Assembly: GCA_951406725.2 (NCBI GenBank)
Contig: OX597815.1
Span: 24,366,001-24,430,000, forward strand
Length of the DNA: 64,000 bases
Source of the DNA: Octopus vulgaris
Lineage: Eukaryota
Reading direction: 5' to 3'
Shown: positions 1 to 56,545 of the stretch, piece after piece
Position numbering within the stretch: the first letter of the stretch is position 1
Layout: each line of letters starts with the position of its first letter
Position numbers and translations under genes: made by a program
The notes under the pieces: model-generated
Database searches by the model: none
What the model was told of the DNA's origin: nothing
What the model saw: only the letters and a program-made list of their open reading frames with translations

Positions 1-822
<822 letters not shown>

Positions 823-1024
823 TCATCAGGAGAGACACAAATAAGTGAGAAGAAAACAAAGGACCACTGATGCGGTCACAGGAGTGCGACGAAAGAACTC
901 TGGCCGAAATAAGATTAAGATTAATGTAAAAAATAAATATCACTGAAGCAAAATAACACCAAATATATAGTGCGTGTGTTTTTATTGGCTAAACTGGCAA
1001 TATGACCATTCCGAAATATAACAA
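823..1024 (+). mobile_element. Short (TA)n-embedded repeat carrying a hammerhead motif, probably a Penelope-like terminal fragment
   Basis: Its 5' half recurs inverted at about 61460-61530 and its 3' half recurs at about 62312-62425. Confidence 0.55.
861..905 (+). ncRNA. Degenerate copy of the same minimal hammerhead motif
   Basis: CCA-CUGAUGC(A9->C)-G-GUCACA ggag UGCGAC-GAAA-GAAC-UC^-UGG, within an element (823-1024) flanked by (TA)n. Confidence 0.5.
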
Positions 1025-1044
1025 TATATATATATATATATATA

Positions 1045-1275
1045 TTCTTCTTTCCCCGTCTGTCTTGATAGACAATGGGTTGCGCCAAGGGTGGGGCCTA
1101 CTTTGATGATGTGCAGCGTCTGCTGTGACTGAACAGTCCAATTCTAGAGTGGCAGTCCTTGGTACAGTTGCTGCACACGAACATCGATGGGTACGTGTGG
1201 TGTGTTGCTGCAGTTGTCCTCCTGTCCCGCCTGTCCAACCACAGCTGTGCTCTCCTCTCCTCAGCCATGGAAACG

Positions 1276-1279
<4 letters not shown>
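1045..1279 (-). mobile_element. 3' end of an RTE-clade LINE with C-terminal zinc finger
   Basis: Minus strand translates ...[27 protein letters not shown], a C2H2-type motif typical of RTE-clade ORF ends; flanked by (TA)n. Confidence 0.7.
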
Positions 1280-1355
<76 letters not shown>

Positions 1356-1809
1356 TTATATATATATTTATATATATATATATATATACATACACAGCAG
1401 GTGTAACTATAAAATTTATCACTGATCCAAGCAAATCTTATTTGAAAAGCAACAGAATCTCCTCATCCTTCAAACATTACATCAGTCATTGCCAATTTGT
1501 TGTTCCTACCTATTTAGAAGTTACTGTACTATGATAAAAATGTGAACCCAGTCTTTTTCTTACCTCTTCTTGTGATGGCTGATAAATATTTTTCATTGTT
1601 TGATATACAAAAATATCTTTTCCTTCTATAGTGCTAGAAAATTTTTTTAATTAAGTTCATATTTTTCATATAAAAATAATAAATTTAGCTCATTTAGCTT
1701 ACCTTCCTTTCTTTTAAAATTTATAATGGAAACCTATTATATATTTCATCTTATTTTTCTTCAGTTTGACTACTAAAACCTTGTTTGGTTTGTAACTTAA
1801 AGTATTTAA

Positions 1810-44013
<42,204 letters not shown>

Positions 44014-44150
44014 TTTACTTTGAATACTGTTTGTTGATAAATTTGGCCAATGTGCTGGCTACTTTGGGACAGGGCTGAATAGTCTATCCAACTTTAGCTT
44101 GCAGTCTTTAATTTCCTGATGACAACCTTCACCCGATCTGTACAACCAGC

Positions 44151-44203
44151 AATAAATGGAAAAAATTTGTTTTCCATAGATATAATATAAATAAATAAAT
44201 AAA
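44151..44203 (+). promoter_or_regulatory. Candidate polyadenylation signals of the myosin gene
   Basis: AATAAA at 44151 and overlapping copies at about 44190-44203, 140-190 nt after the stop. The region is AT-rich, so the true site is uncertain. Confidence 0.45.
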
Positions 44204-45069
44204 ATGAAAACATTTGCCCAACCATCCCGTTCCTGCTTTTGTAAAACATTTATCAATAATTACAATTTTCTATTTTTTTATTATTATTATTTTAGGTATT
44301 CCTTTTTTGCCCCAATTCCCCCCCTCCTTCAGCTTTGTGATATTGCAAGCAGCCCTGTTCCCTGCATGGTGCTGGTAAAGAATATCGCCTTTTATAGTTC
44401 TCGATTTAATTATCTTTTAACTTTGAGCCCTTAACATTTTCTCTTAGGTTAGTTGCTACTTTTGTTTTCTACTGTGGCCCTCTGGAGCCAGAAACTGTAA
44501 ATACATTGAACAAAGGGAGACAATATTTTTCTTCCCATGTTTTCTTTCCCTCCCCCTTTTAATTTTTATATATTTGTGTGTTGTGTATGTGTGTATACAT
44601 ATATATGTTATATATATATATATAAATGTATATACTTATATATATATATATATATAAAATCATACGCACACAGGTTTTTTTTTTTTTTTTTTTTGCATCA
44701 TTTAAATAAAATTATGCTTGAAGGAGGGGACTATCGAACCCTTTGTGGCTTTTCCTTCTATGCTTGTTGGAGGGAAGAAAAAGAAAATATTTTTCTATCC
44801 CATTTCAAAAAAATGGAAAGATAATCCAGACAAAAATCTCCATTTGGTGACTGGATCCTCTGAATGATAATTTGGTTAAGCTGTTTCTTTGATGATACCT
44901 TCTCATTGGGCTTGCTATCCAGGTGAGACCCGTTCTGTCATTCCTAGCTAACAAGATTATTGAACTGAAAGTATATTTGTACTCCTTGTGAAAGCTTTCT
45001 ATGAATAAACACTGGAACTTGTATTTGTAATTTTCATTCACTTTTAAATACCAATTGTATCTCTTTATT

Positions 45070-45463
45070 TTCTCTTTTACTTGTTTCAGTCATTTGACTG
45101 CGGCCATGCTGGAGCACCGCCCTTAATCGAGCAACTCGACCCTGGGACTTATTCTTTTGTAAGCCCAGTACTTATTCTATCGGTCCCTTTTGCCAAACCA
45201 CTAAGTAACGGGGACATAAACACACCAGCATCGGTTGTCAAGCAATGCTAGGGGGACAAACACAGACACACAAACACACACACGTGTATATATATATACA
45301 TATATACAACGGGCTTCTTTCAGTTTCCGTCTACCAAATCCACTCACAAGGCTTTGGTCGGCCCGAGGCTATAGTAGAAGACACTTGCCCAAGGTGCCAC
45401 GCAGTAGGACTGAACCTGGAAACGTGGTTGGTAAACAAACTACTTACCACACAGCCACTCCTG
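45070..45463 (-). mobile_element. CORE-like tRNA SINE
   Basis: Reverse complement of the 27916 family. Confidence 0.85.
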
Positions 45464-47792
45464 TATATAACACTTTTCTCTCAATTATTTACAATTACTG
45501 AATATTTGGATTGCTAATCAATTTATCAATTTAAAAAAAAAATTTTTTTTTTTTTTTTGTCATCCATTACTAAAGTTGCAATGAAGCTTATCAAAATTTC
45601 TATGGTATTAAGCAAATGATATCTTCCTACCATGAAAGGATACCATTCTAGTGCAGTTAGCTTCAACTCGAAGCATAATTGCATGAAGCTTACAAAATAC
45701 TCTTCAATTATTCAGAATCTTGTGTGTGCAGTGTTGTACTGTACTAACTCTCCGTATTATTTACGCCTTTTAAACGTACAATGTAATCCTAGATACTTAA
45801 GCTGGTGAAGTAAGTACCCAATGTACTTAACTGTCTGCAGATCTCTTAACATATATTAAGTTTTAATAGCACTGTTGTTTGCATGTAAAAATACCATGAT
45901 TGAGATCAGAACTTCATGGTTTGTTACTAGCAGTGGATTGTTAGACATGTTTATTGGCAGTTGAGAAATGGATTGGTGGGTTTTATATATATATATATAT
46001 ATGATTTAGAAAAAACCACCTTTTATCAATTCAATAATGAAAAATTAAATTATACCATCTAGAAAATTACATATTATAGACAGATTAAATATAAGATAAA
46101 ACATATAATGATGATTAAGTAATATGCAAAATAATAAATAAAACGTATATATTTGGTAGAATATGTTTTATCTTATATTTAATCTGTCTATAATATGTAA
46201 TTTTCTAGATGGTATAATTTAATTTTTCATTATTAAATTGATAAAAGGTGGGTTTTTTAAAAAATTATATATATATTATATTTTGTGAAATTTGATTTAG
46301 TATTTCTAAATTGAATTTTTCCCTGTAAGTTTGGAATAATATTCCCTCATATTATTATTATTATATATATATATATAAATACTCTGAACCAAATGTGATT
46401 TGACTGTTGAGTGGACATCAGTAAAAGCATTCAGTTGGAAAATATGTTCTCACAGTACTTGTTAAAAGTTTTCAGTTTGCAGAAAACTTTTCATCATTTT
46501 TACATTCACTTTTTCCAAGCAGGTATGGGTTAGACAAGACTTGCTGATGCAGTATTTTGCAGCCAAATCCCCTTCCTGATGCCAACCCTTATCTTTTAAC
46601 AAGTATGGGTCTTTATTCCATGCTAAGTTGCTGGAATTTTGTTTATGAGACATAATATCACTACTACCAAAGAGGTATCAATTTAAAGATACATAGAAAG
46701 AACTACCCCACCACACACACACACACACACACACTCGCATGTATGTACACAGTAGCTGCCATTCGTTTTCTCTCTCAAATTTCAGTCTTAATGCATTGGT
46801 CAGTTGAAGGCTGTAGTAGAAACACTTGCCAAAACTGCCAAGTAGTGGGGTGGAACTGGAGACCATATGATTGCATTGCATAAAATCTTAACCACATTAC
46901 TGTATATGCATGTGTACTTTAGTCCTTCTTAAAGGGGGGCTAAGCATAAGTGCAACTTAATTTGTAAAACTGTGGGAATTGGAGTTGTTTCAGTCATGTT
47001 TAAGAAATTTTATGAATTAAGCACAGTCAGAAAAGTGTACTTAGAAATTCAAGATAACCTAATAAGTACTGATGGAGAAAAATCTTTTAGACTATTAACT
47101 TTTTTTATATCTTTTATTCTTTTTTGTAAAATATTAAACGATTTGGTATTTCTATTCATCATCTGTTGCCATGTGATTTGACTAAGAGTGAAATGATACT
47201 CTAGAAATAGATGAATTTAATAAATGAATATAACATGAATATAACAGCGGTGGTGCCCCAGCATGGCCGCGGCCTTCGGGCTAAAACATTTTTAAGGATT
47301 TGATAATAAATATTGATTAAACTATGTAAAACAAAAATTGTTGATAGTCTAAAAAACGCTTCCATTGGTATCTACATAGTTGCTTGATATGCTAGAAATA
47401 GCAGTCAATTTAGTTTTGCACCCATGTAATTTTGTGGGGTTTTTTTATTTATTTATTTATTTTTTATTATAACTCAGTGCTAAAGATAGTGCTTTTCCCT
47501 GAAAGTGAAATTAGAATTTATTTCAGAATATTCTGTTCAAAATTCAGGCAGAAAAATTTTGTAGCAAGAAAACTGTTTTCCTACTCTGTTAAGAGCAAAT
47601 TGTTTCTCATGCTCATAGTTAAAGCAAAAGATTTGAAGCATAAACACAAGACCCTATTAAAGTATTGAATGATTTTCAGCATCTGAATGAGTCACCCAGC
47701 TCAATAATTATAATGCCAGGAAAAATATTAAATGATAATTCAGTGCTGGATTATTTAGATTTGAAGCCTTAGCTTGGTTATCAATTTGAGAA

Positions 47793-48177
47793 GTGGAGGC
47801 ACAATGACCCAGTGGTTAGGGCAGCGGACTCATGGTTGGAGGATTGCGGTTTCGATTCCCAGACCGGGCATTGTGTTTATTGAGCGAAAACACCTAAAGC
47901 TCCACGAGACTCCAGCAGGGGGTGGTGGTGGTGAACCCTGCTGTACTCTTTCGCCACAACTTTCTCTCGCTCTATCTTCCTGTTTCTCTTGTACCTGTAT
48001 TTCAAAGGGCCAGCCTTGTCACATTCTGTGTGTCACGCTGAATCTCCTCGAGAACTACGTTAAGGGTACATGTGTCTGTGGAGTGCTCAGCCACTTGCAC
48101 GTTAATATCACGAGCAAGCTGTTCCGTTGATCGTATCAGCTGGGACCCTCATCGTCGCAACCGACGGAGTGCTCCTA
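47793..48177 (+). mobile_element. OR-like tRNA SINE, full length
   Basis: 14-bp TSD TATCAATTTGAGAA at 47779-47792 and 48178-48191. Confidence 0.9.
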
Positions 48178-48591
48178 TATCAATTTGAGAAAGAAATGTC
48201 AGTGTAAAGTTACTGAGCAAGAAGAAAATACAATAAGAAGCCTGTGTATAGGATTTGTGAAAGTTTTGGAGTGAATTAAATGATGTCTTCCAGATTTTTT
48301 TTTCTTTTTACAATCAATGAGTTATATTACTGTAACAGAATGCCTCAGAACCAATAAAAGCTGAAATTTATAGACCTTGCAAAGCATTTTAATGAAGACT
48401 CAAAGATTCTAGAATGGGGAAAAAAAAAAAAAAATTTTTATGAACATGTTTTTTGATGACATACTGATATTAAGAAAGAAAGAAGTTCTACAGCTGAAGA
48501 TCCAGATCAACATGATGTGATATTTGCTAAACACAGATATGTCAGTTGGTATTTGATAGCTGCAATTAAAATTAATAATTTTTGTAGATAA

Positions 48592-48975
48592 CTAGCAGTA
48601 TCGCCCGGCGTTGCTCGGGTTTGTAAGGGAAATAACTATAAAGCATTTTTAGAGAGTTATAGCCAAAAAATGCATTAAAAATGGAAAAAAAATTATGGTA
48701 AATTTTTTTTTAAATCGTTGACTCATCGTAGACATTTTTAGAGAGTTACTTCCCTTTATTTAAAAAATATACATTAAAATGGAAAAAAAATTATGGTAAA
48801 TTATTTTTAAAATCGTAGACTCATCGTAGACGTGCGCTAATACCCAGAAGTGCTCGATATGAATCACGACTATAAGATACCCGGTTTTGGTTAAACTGCA
48901 TCGCAAAATGTGGGAGTAAGGAATCTAAATCGTAGGAGACAGACACTCACACAACTTCACTTTTATATATAAAGA
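48592..48975 (-). mobile_element. Non-autonomous Helitron
   Basis: Minus strand A|TCTTTATATAT...CCCGAGCAACGCCGGG(hairpin)-CGATACTG-CTAG|T; A^T target, no TSD. Confidence 0.82.
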
Positions 48976-51123
48976 TGTATCTTTGCCCTTTGGTTGCCAC
49001 TTTTCAATTTCTTAAATTTTTGTTTCAATTTATTTCTTATTTGGTGTATTGGTGTAGTTTTGTATGGTAATCATTGACATGAAATTCATTTTCACCATAA
49101 ATCAATAAACAGTAGCTTTTAAAGTTTGCAAATTTTGGGTAATTTTAGCCAATCAAAAGCAACACACATATAGGTGCCTGTTTCCATAGTAACAAGCCAA
49201 GCTGCTTACCCATCTGTTACTGTCCTGTCTTGCCATGTGGTCATTTTTCGCTTTTTAAATGCTTAAAATGAGATGCAAGGTGATTGTGAGGTGTGCTAAA
49301 TAGGCCTTAAATCATGCACTTTTTTTTTTGCATAATTGTATGAATTCTTGTGTGTAGAATACAAATTTGCAAACATTTTCTGAAAATTCCTAAAAATAAG
49401 TTATTTGGGGGTTATATGGTGTGCATAAAGCAGAATTCTGTCCATATTTTATTCGTTTACGGTTGACAACCATGCAATCATGCACAAAATGACAGCCTCC
49501 AAATCCTGTTTTCTGAATGGGTAAAACTTATCAAACTTTAAACCTCTATAGCTTTTAAAAAAAGGTTTTCTAGGAAAAGTGAATTACCTCCTGAGAATCT
49601 GCATGGAAAATTACATAAATACACCAAATTTTAAACATTCACTAAACTTTAAAATTTCCATAGGTGCAGCCAAACAGAAAAGATCCTTTAGCCCATATAA
49701 ATCAATTGGGCTGATCTATCAGTCCATAATTTTTATACTAGAAAGATGACATGTTAGCTTCTGGTGTGTGTAAACACATGTAACATACAAACACGCACAC
49801 CTGTATATATTTTGTTTATTGAGAATTAGATATTTAGAGTTCTAAATAACACCTTTATTTGCTAATATGTAAATATGTCCTCAACTTCTATAGTGTAGAA
49901 AGCACTATGTTTTATCTCTAAATGGTTAATAATGATATTGATTGTCAGACATTTTAGATAAAGGACCAGTCTCCTGATGGTTCATGCAAATTGCCCATCT
50001 GTGTGCTCTCAGAAAAAAACACATTTGGAGTTTGAGGTGAATTTTTAATTATAGAGCTTTAGTATACCATATGTGTAGAGTAGCTCGCTGGTTGTGTTGA
50101 AAACTCTGCTCATTTCATAGAGTTGATCTTGGACATGACAACAGCATTTGATGAGATTAACTTTATTTCTCTCTCTTTTAAAAATTTAGTTAGGTGGAGG
50201 AGAACCAATAATCTTTTGTTGGCTTCTACAGATCAATATAATCAATAGAGTTAATGTTTCTGTTTGAACTGTCAGCTGACATGTACCACAAAAGCATGAT
50301 CATTGATGGAGTCCAAGAAAGACAGTTATGAGCAGGAAGAATTGATCAAAGTGTATAATGTGAAGTTTGTTGGTGAGCAGGGGGAGAGTATGTGCGTACA
50401 TCTTGTTGACAATGGTTCCGACTTCTGAGGCTTTTTTCAGAAGCAAGGTGGAAAATGACCAAACTCAACAAAACAACAAAACAGTTACTCAACAATTAAG
50501 TGGAAACTGTCAACTGCTTAACAAATGTTTTCCATAAGTGGTGAAAATTCATGGCTGAGATATGGAATTGAGTTCTTAATTACCCTTAATAGGAACTTAC
50601 TTAATGAGTCATAAACGGTGATTAGAGTTCAGTATCTTGTCCTGGATGTAATCTCCTGGCTTGATGATGAAATGGCTGTTGGTGATTAATTTTTGTTATG
50701 TTTATCAGGTAGATTGATTATGTTTAATTTTCAATCTTTCCAGTATTGTGCGGGCGTTGACTAACGAACTGAACTAATGACAAGATAAAACCCAAATTCA
50801 ATAACTACAAAACCTCTTGTACTTTTATTTTTGATACTGATGCAGACAGTTTTGTTTAAATGGTTTTTGGTGTCAAGAGGTTCTAATGTTACACCCCTGA
50901 CATATTTTTTTAGCTTTTACTTGTTTCATTCATTGGACGGGCCATGCTGGAGCACTGTCTTGTTTTTTTAAATCTTGGTACATATCATTCTCTTTTGCTG
51001 AACTTCTAAGTTACAGGGACCTAAACAAACCAGCACTGGTTGTCAAGTGTGGCATACAGAAACAAAGATGTGTGTGTGTGTGTGAATACATGTGTATGTA
51101 TGTATGTGTGTGTGTATATATAT

Positions 51124-51758
51124 ATCATCATCATCATCATCATCATCATTTAGCGTCCGTTTTCCATGCTAGCATGGGTTGGACGGTTCAACTGGGGTCT
51201 GGGGAGCCCGAAGGCTGCACCAGGCCAGTCAGATCTGGCAGTGTTTCTACAGCTGGATGCCCTTCCTAACGCCAACCACTCCGAGAGTGTAGTGGGTGAT
51301 TTTATGTGCCACCGACACAGGTGCCAGACGAGGCTGGCGAACGGCCACGCTCGGATGGTGTTTTTATGTGCCACCGACACAGGTCCCAGACGAGGCTGGC
51401 AGACGGCCACGCTCGGATGGTGTTTTTATGTGCCACCGACACAGGTGCCAGATGAGGCTGGCGGACGGCCACGATCGGATGGTGTTTGTTACGTCCCCAA
51501 AGCACGGAGGCCAGTCTATGCGGTACTGGCTACGGCCACGTTCGGATGATTTTCTTGTGTGCCACCGGCACTGGTACCACAAAGATACAAATTCCATTGA
51601 TGTTCATCTATTTTGATTTGTTTTGATTTGATTTGATTTTCACTTGCCTCAACAGGTCTTCACAAGTGTCACAAGAAGGAAGGTATGCACAGGTGGACTG
51701 ACTACGTCCCAGGTAGGGGCCACGGGTTATGGCCTGACTAGTCTTGCCGGGTCTTCGG
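51124..51758 (-). mobile_element. RTE 3' UTR fragment
   Basis: (CAT)n, tandem units, upstream UTR. Confidence 0.8.
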
Positions 51759-52099
51759 ATGGTGTTTTTATGTATGTCTTAAGGTTGTATCATGCGGACT
51801 GAATACCCGATCGCGTGGTTAAACCATTGGGAGTGAAGGACTCCTAGCCTTTGTTTGGGCATCCTTCTAGGAGAAGGTAACTCAGGAAACTGGGATAACT
51901 CCAACATAAAACCTGCGGCTCAGTGGTTACCGATGATGTTGACTTGTTCTTCTTTTCGGAGTATGGCTGCTGTTGCTTAGTGAGTGGGATTGACTCAGTG
52001 CACAGCCTTTCCTCACTTTAAAAAAAAATCTTCTTGCACAGACATTGCATGATAACAACATTGAATAAGCTTCGTGCAATGGCCATACTCGATAACAAG

Positions 52100-53212
52100 G
52101 GGGCAGCCACCATATATATATATATGAGGTGCAGTAGTGCCACTGGACGACTAATAGAGAAAGTAGTCTTTACATGTGGCAGAAGTACAGGCCCATTAAA
52201 CACCAAGAATGTACAAAAAATAGACTCCCTTATATGCCAGGGGAGATCCCTAGAAGTAGTAAACAATTTCCATTACTTAGGTGATCAAGTTAGTAGTAGG
52301 GGTGGTTGTTCCAAAAGCATAGCCTTTCACTCTGAGGGAGAGGCCTTTCATTACTAACAGAGGTAGTAGCTCTCTGAACTTCACTCAGCCTATTCTTCTG
52401 AGGGAGAGGCCTTTCATTACTAACAGAGGTAGTAGCTCTCTGAACTTTGCCAGGCCTATTCTTATTCAATAATAGGCTGAGTGAAGTTCAGAGAGCCACT
52501 ACCTCTGTTAGTAATGAAAGGCCTCTCTCTCAGAGTGAAAGGCAGAGTGTATGATGCCTGTGTATGAACAGCTATGCTACATGGCAGTGATACATAGGTT
52601 GTGACTACTGAGAATATGTGAAGATTTGAAAGAAATGAAGCTAGTGTGCTCCACTGGATGGTGAATGTCACATATGACAGAGTGTGAGTGATTTGAAAGA
52701 AAAACTGGGTATACTTAGCATCAGATGTAGTGTGCAAGAGAGAATACTGCGCTGGTGTGGCCATGCAACATGTATGAATGGGGACAGTTGCATCAAGGGG
52801 TGCTGATCTCTAATTGTATAGGGAACATGTGGAAGGGGTAGATCCAGGAAGACATTGGACGAAATGGTGAGAAAGGATCTACAAACATTGGGACTCACAG
52901 AGAGGATGACAGGAGACCAAGACTCCTGGCAGTTTGCTGTGCTTGAAAAGACATGTCAAGCTAAGTAAAAGCATGGTTGTCCTTGCATACAGGCTCATTA
53001 GAGCATCCCTAATCTCATGGGCTCATAAGCACTGGTGCCATGTAAAAAGCATCCAGTACACTCTGTAAAATGGTTGGCATTAGGAAGGGTGTCCAGCCAT
53101 AAAAACGGTATCAAAACAGACATAAAGCCTAAACAGCCCTTCAGCTGGTCAACTCCTGTCAAACCGTCCAACCCATGCTGGCATGGAAAGCAGACATTAA
53201 ATAATGATGATG
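52100..53212 (+). mobile_element. Degenerate RTE LINE 3' half
   Basis: LEVVNNFHYLGDQVSS, AMLHGS, GRGRSRKTLDE-like segments, then the 3' UTR and GAT tail. Confidence 0.8.
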
Positions 53213-53272
53213 AGATAGGCTTCTCTCAGTTTCTGTTTATCAAATCCACTTGTGGCTTATAGTAGATGATGT

Positions 53273-53490
53273 GGCGAACTGGCAGAATCGTTAGCATGCC
53301 GGGCAAAATGCTCAGCGGTATTTCGTCTGCTGTTACGTTCTGAGTTCAAATTCCACCGAGATCAACTTTGCCTTTCATTCTTTTGAGGTCGATTAAATAA
53401 GTACCAGTTACGCACTGGGGTTGATGTAATCGGCTTAATTCCTTTGTTTGTCCTCTCTGTAATTAACCTCTTGTAGGCAATAAAGAAATA
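53273..53490 (+). mobile_element. Third-type SINE nested in an old CORE-like SINE
   Basis: TSD TATAGTAGATGATGT(G) on both sides. Confidence 0.82.
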
Positions 53491-53622
53491 TATAGTAGAT
53501 GATGTGCTCAAGGTGACATGCAGTGGGACTGAACCCAAGACCGCATGGTTTGGAAACAAGCTTCTTAGCCACACGGCCATGCTCATGTGTGAGTTTACAT
53601 AATGTGGTTGTTTAATGTGTGA

Positions 53623-54003
53623 GTGGAGACGCAATGGCCCAGTGGTTAGGGCAGCGGACTCACGGTCATAGGATCGCGGTTTTGATTCCCAGACCAGGCG
53701 TTGTGAGTGTTTATTGAGCGAAAACACCTAAAAGCTCCACGAGGCTCCGGCGGGGGATGGTGGTGATCCCTGCTGTACTCTTTCACCACAACTTTCTCTC
53801 ACTCTTACTTCCTGTTTCTGTTGTACCTGTATTTCAAGGGGCCAGCCTTGTCACTCTTTGTGTCACGCTGAATATCCCCGAGAACTACGTTAAGGGTGCA
53901 CGTGTCTGTGGAGTGCTCAGCCACTTACACGTTAATTTCACGAGCAGGCTGTTCCATTGATTTGGATCAACCGGAACCCTCATCGTCGTAACCGACGGAG
54001 TGC
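53623..54003 (+). mobile_element. OR-like tRNA SINE
   Basis: Full length; flanking direct repeat GTTTAATGTGT. Confidence 0.88.
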
Positions 54004-54976
54004 TTAAGAAGTTTAATGTGTATTTATGATATGAAGGATTCTTTATAGATATGACAACTTCACTAGTGCTGAAGTTTGATAAAACGCACTTAGTATGTTG
54101 TAAAGTGGCTGACAAATGAACAAAGACAATATAGGACCAAGAGAACTTAAGTTTTGTCAAGACACCCTCTGATACCATGATAAAAGGCACTCATTACATT
54201 ATCTAATGTTGTTGAGAAGAAGAAGAGATTCCAGCTCTAGAAAACCAGGCCAAAATTGATATTGTATGAGCAAGACATGGTACTCTGATTTGCTTAGGAA
54301 GGCAGTAATTCCAAACAGGAACTGAATCTGACCCTGATAGCACTTCCAACATAGAAAGTGGAGCTAAAAATCATAATGAGAATTTTTAATATAAATTAAG
54401 GATGAAGTTATTGGTTTAACTTACACTCTTCCATGCTTGCAGAAGTTGGATGCAATTTGTCACCGTAGGTTTTCTACAGCTGGATGCCTTTCCTGTTGCT
54501 AACCCTCACCTGTTTCCAAGTAAGGTAATATTTTCTCATGGCAAGACATGTTTTCACAGAAGGTCGGATATGAACGACACCACTTGTATGAAGGTGATGC
54601 TCATTTACAACTATCACGTGATATCAAGACTAGTGTATACATATATGCACACATACATGATTGGCTTCTTTCAACATCCACCTACAAAATCCGCTTACAA
54701 GTTAGATGCGGTAGAATGTTTGTGCTTGGGTTCTCTTCACTGTTTAGTAGTAATTGCTGAGACAGATAGAATGATGTTGTAAGAGCTATAATAGACATTT
54801 GGCCAAGGTGATGCACAGTGGGACTGGACCTAAAACCACATGATTGGGAAACAAGCTTCTTAATTACACAAGACAGGCTAAAACTGGATCATTCTAAAGC
54901 CTACCTCTAATGCAGATATTTGAAGAAAAATAGAAAATATTTTGTTGTGTCTAAAGAGAGTAATTATACCAATATT

Positions 54977-55207
54977 TATTTCTTTATTGCCCACAAGGGG
55001 CTAAACATAGAGGGGACAAACAAGGACAGACAAAGGGATTGAGTCGATTAAATCGACCCCAGTGCGTAACTGGTACTTTCTTTATCGACCCCGGAAGGAC
55101 GAAAGGCAAAGTCGACCTCGGCGGAATTTGAACTCAGAACGTAGCAACAGACGAAATACTGCTGAGCATTTCGCCCGGCGTGCTAACGATTCTGCCAGCT
55201 CGCCGCC
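54977..55207 (-). mobile_element. Third-type SINE, full length
   Basis: TSD ATTATACCAATATT at 54963-54976 and 55211-55224. Confidence 0.86.
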
Positions 55208-55361
55208 AATATTATACCAATATTATTAACACACACTGGTTTAATTCCATTCTTTTATACACACACAAACATATATAGACATACATGCAAACACAATAGG
55301 TAGATGCACGCACAGACACACAGCATGCAAACACACACACATAGGAATATGCAGAATACTG

Positions 55362-55811
55362 TCTGGCCCCCGTGTCGGTGGCATGTAAAAGCACCATCCG
55401 TTCGTGCCCGTTGCCAGCCTCGCCTGGCCCCCGTGCCGGTGACACGTAAAAGCACCATCCGTTTCGTGGCCGTTTGCCAGCTCTGTCTGGCCCCCGTGTT
55501 GGTGGCACGTAAAAGCACCATCCGTTTGTGTCCGTTGCCAGCCTCGCCTGGCCCCGTGCCGGTGACACGTAAAAGCACCATCCGTTTCGTGGCCGTTTTC
55601 CAGCTCTGTCTGGCACCTGTGCAGGTGGCACATAAAAAGCACCCACTACACTCACGGAGTGGTTGGCGTTAGGGAGGGCATCCAGCCGTAGAAACACTGC
55701 CAGATCTGACTGGGCCTGATGAAGCCTTCCAGCTTCACAGACCCCAGTTGAACCGTCCAACCCATGCTAGCATGGAGAACGGACGCTAAATGATGATGAT
55801 GATGATGATGA
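55362..55811 (+). mobile_element. RTE 3' UTR fragment with about 5 tandem units
   Basis: Unit repeats plus (GAT)n. Confidence 0.8.
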
Positions 55812-55964
55812 TACATGCATAAAGATACACAGACATACACATACCTGCTGCAACAAGATCTTGAACAGACAAATGTGACTTCTGTAACAGACTAAAAGAA
55901 AAGTCGCTGAGAAGGTTGCAAATAGCGACAAAAAAGCTTTGACAAACAAAACAAATGACTCAAT

Positions 55965-56350
55965 GAGTGGCTGTGTGGTAAGTAGCTTGCTAACCAACCA
56001 CATGGTTCCGGGTTCAGTCCCACTGCGTGGCATCTTGGGCAAGTGTCTTCTGCTATAGCCCTGGGCCGACCAATGCCTTGTGAGTGGATTTGGTAGACGG
56101 AAACTGAAAGAAGCCTGTCGTATATATGTATATATATATATATATATGTGTTTGTGTGTTTGTCCCCCTAGCATTGCTTGACAACCGATGCTGGTGTGGT
56201 TACATCCCCGTCACTTAGCGGTTCGGCAAAAGAGACCGATAGAATAAGTACTGGGCTTACAAAGAATAAGTCCCGGGGTCGATTTGCTCGACTAAAGGCG
56301 GTGCTCCAGCATGGCCGCAGTCAAATGACTGAAACAAGTAAAAGAGTAAA
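55965..56350 (+). mobile_element. CORE-like tRNA SINE
   Basis: 27916 family. Confidence 0.86.
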
Positions 56351-56545
56351 TTGACTCGTTAGTTGGATATTTGACCAATTAACTAATAATAAAGGAGTGG
56401 AATTGAACCAGGGCATGTTATTAGTATTGGTACAATGACACTCCCTCGACAACAAAATTTGTTTCAATACACAAACTCACATAAAGAATCTTGCAAACCA
56501 GATACAAAAATGAAGAAGAAAATATATTTATATGGGAGGATATTA

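Noticed and set aside
46100-46155. AUGAUGA...AAAACGUA hammerhead-like trace in the hairpin loop
   Set aside because: C3 and G12 are missing and there is no stem II; expected by chance in AT-rich DNA.
49060-49690. Repeat-like block with CCAAT motifs
   Set aside because: Could not define termini, TSD or a second copy.
50307-50429. Short ORF MESKKDSYEQEEL...
   Set aside because: About 40 aa, no recognisable homology or splice partners.
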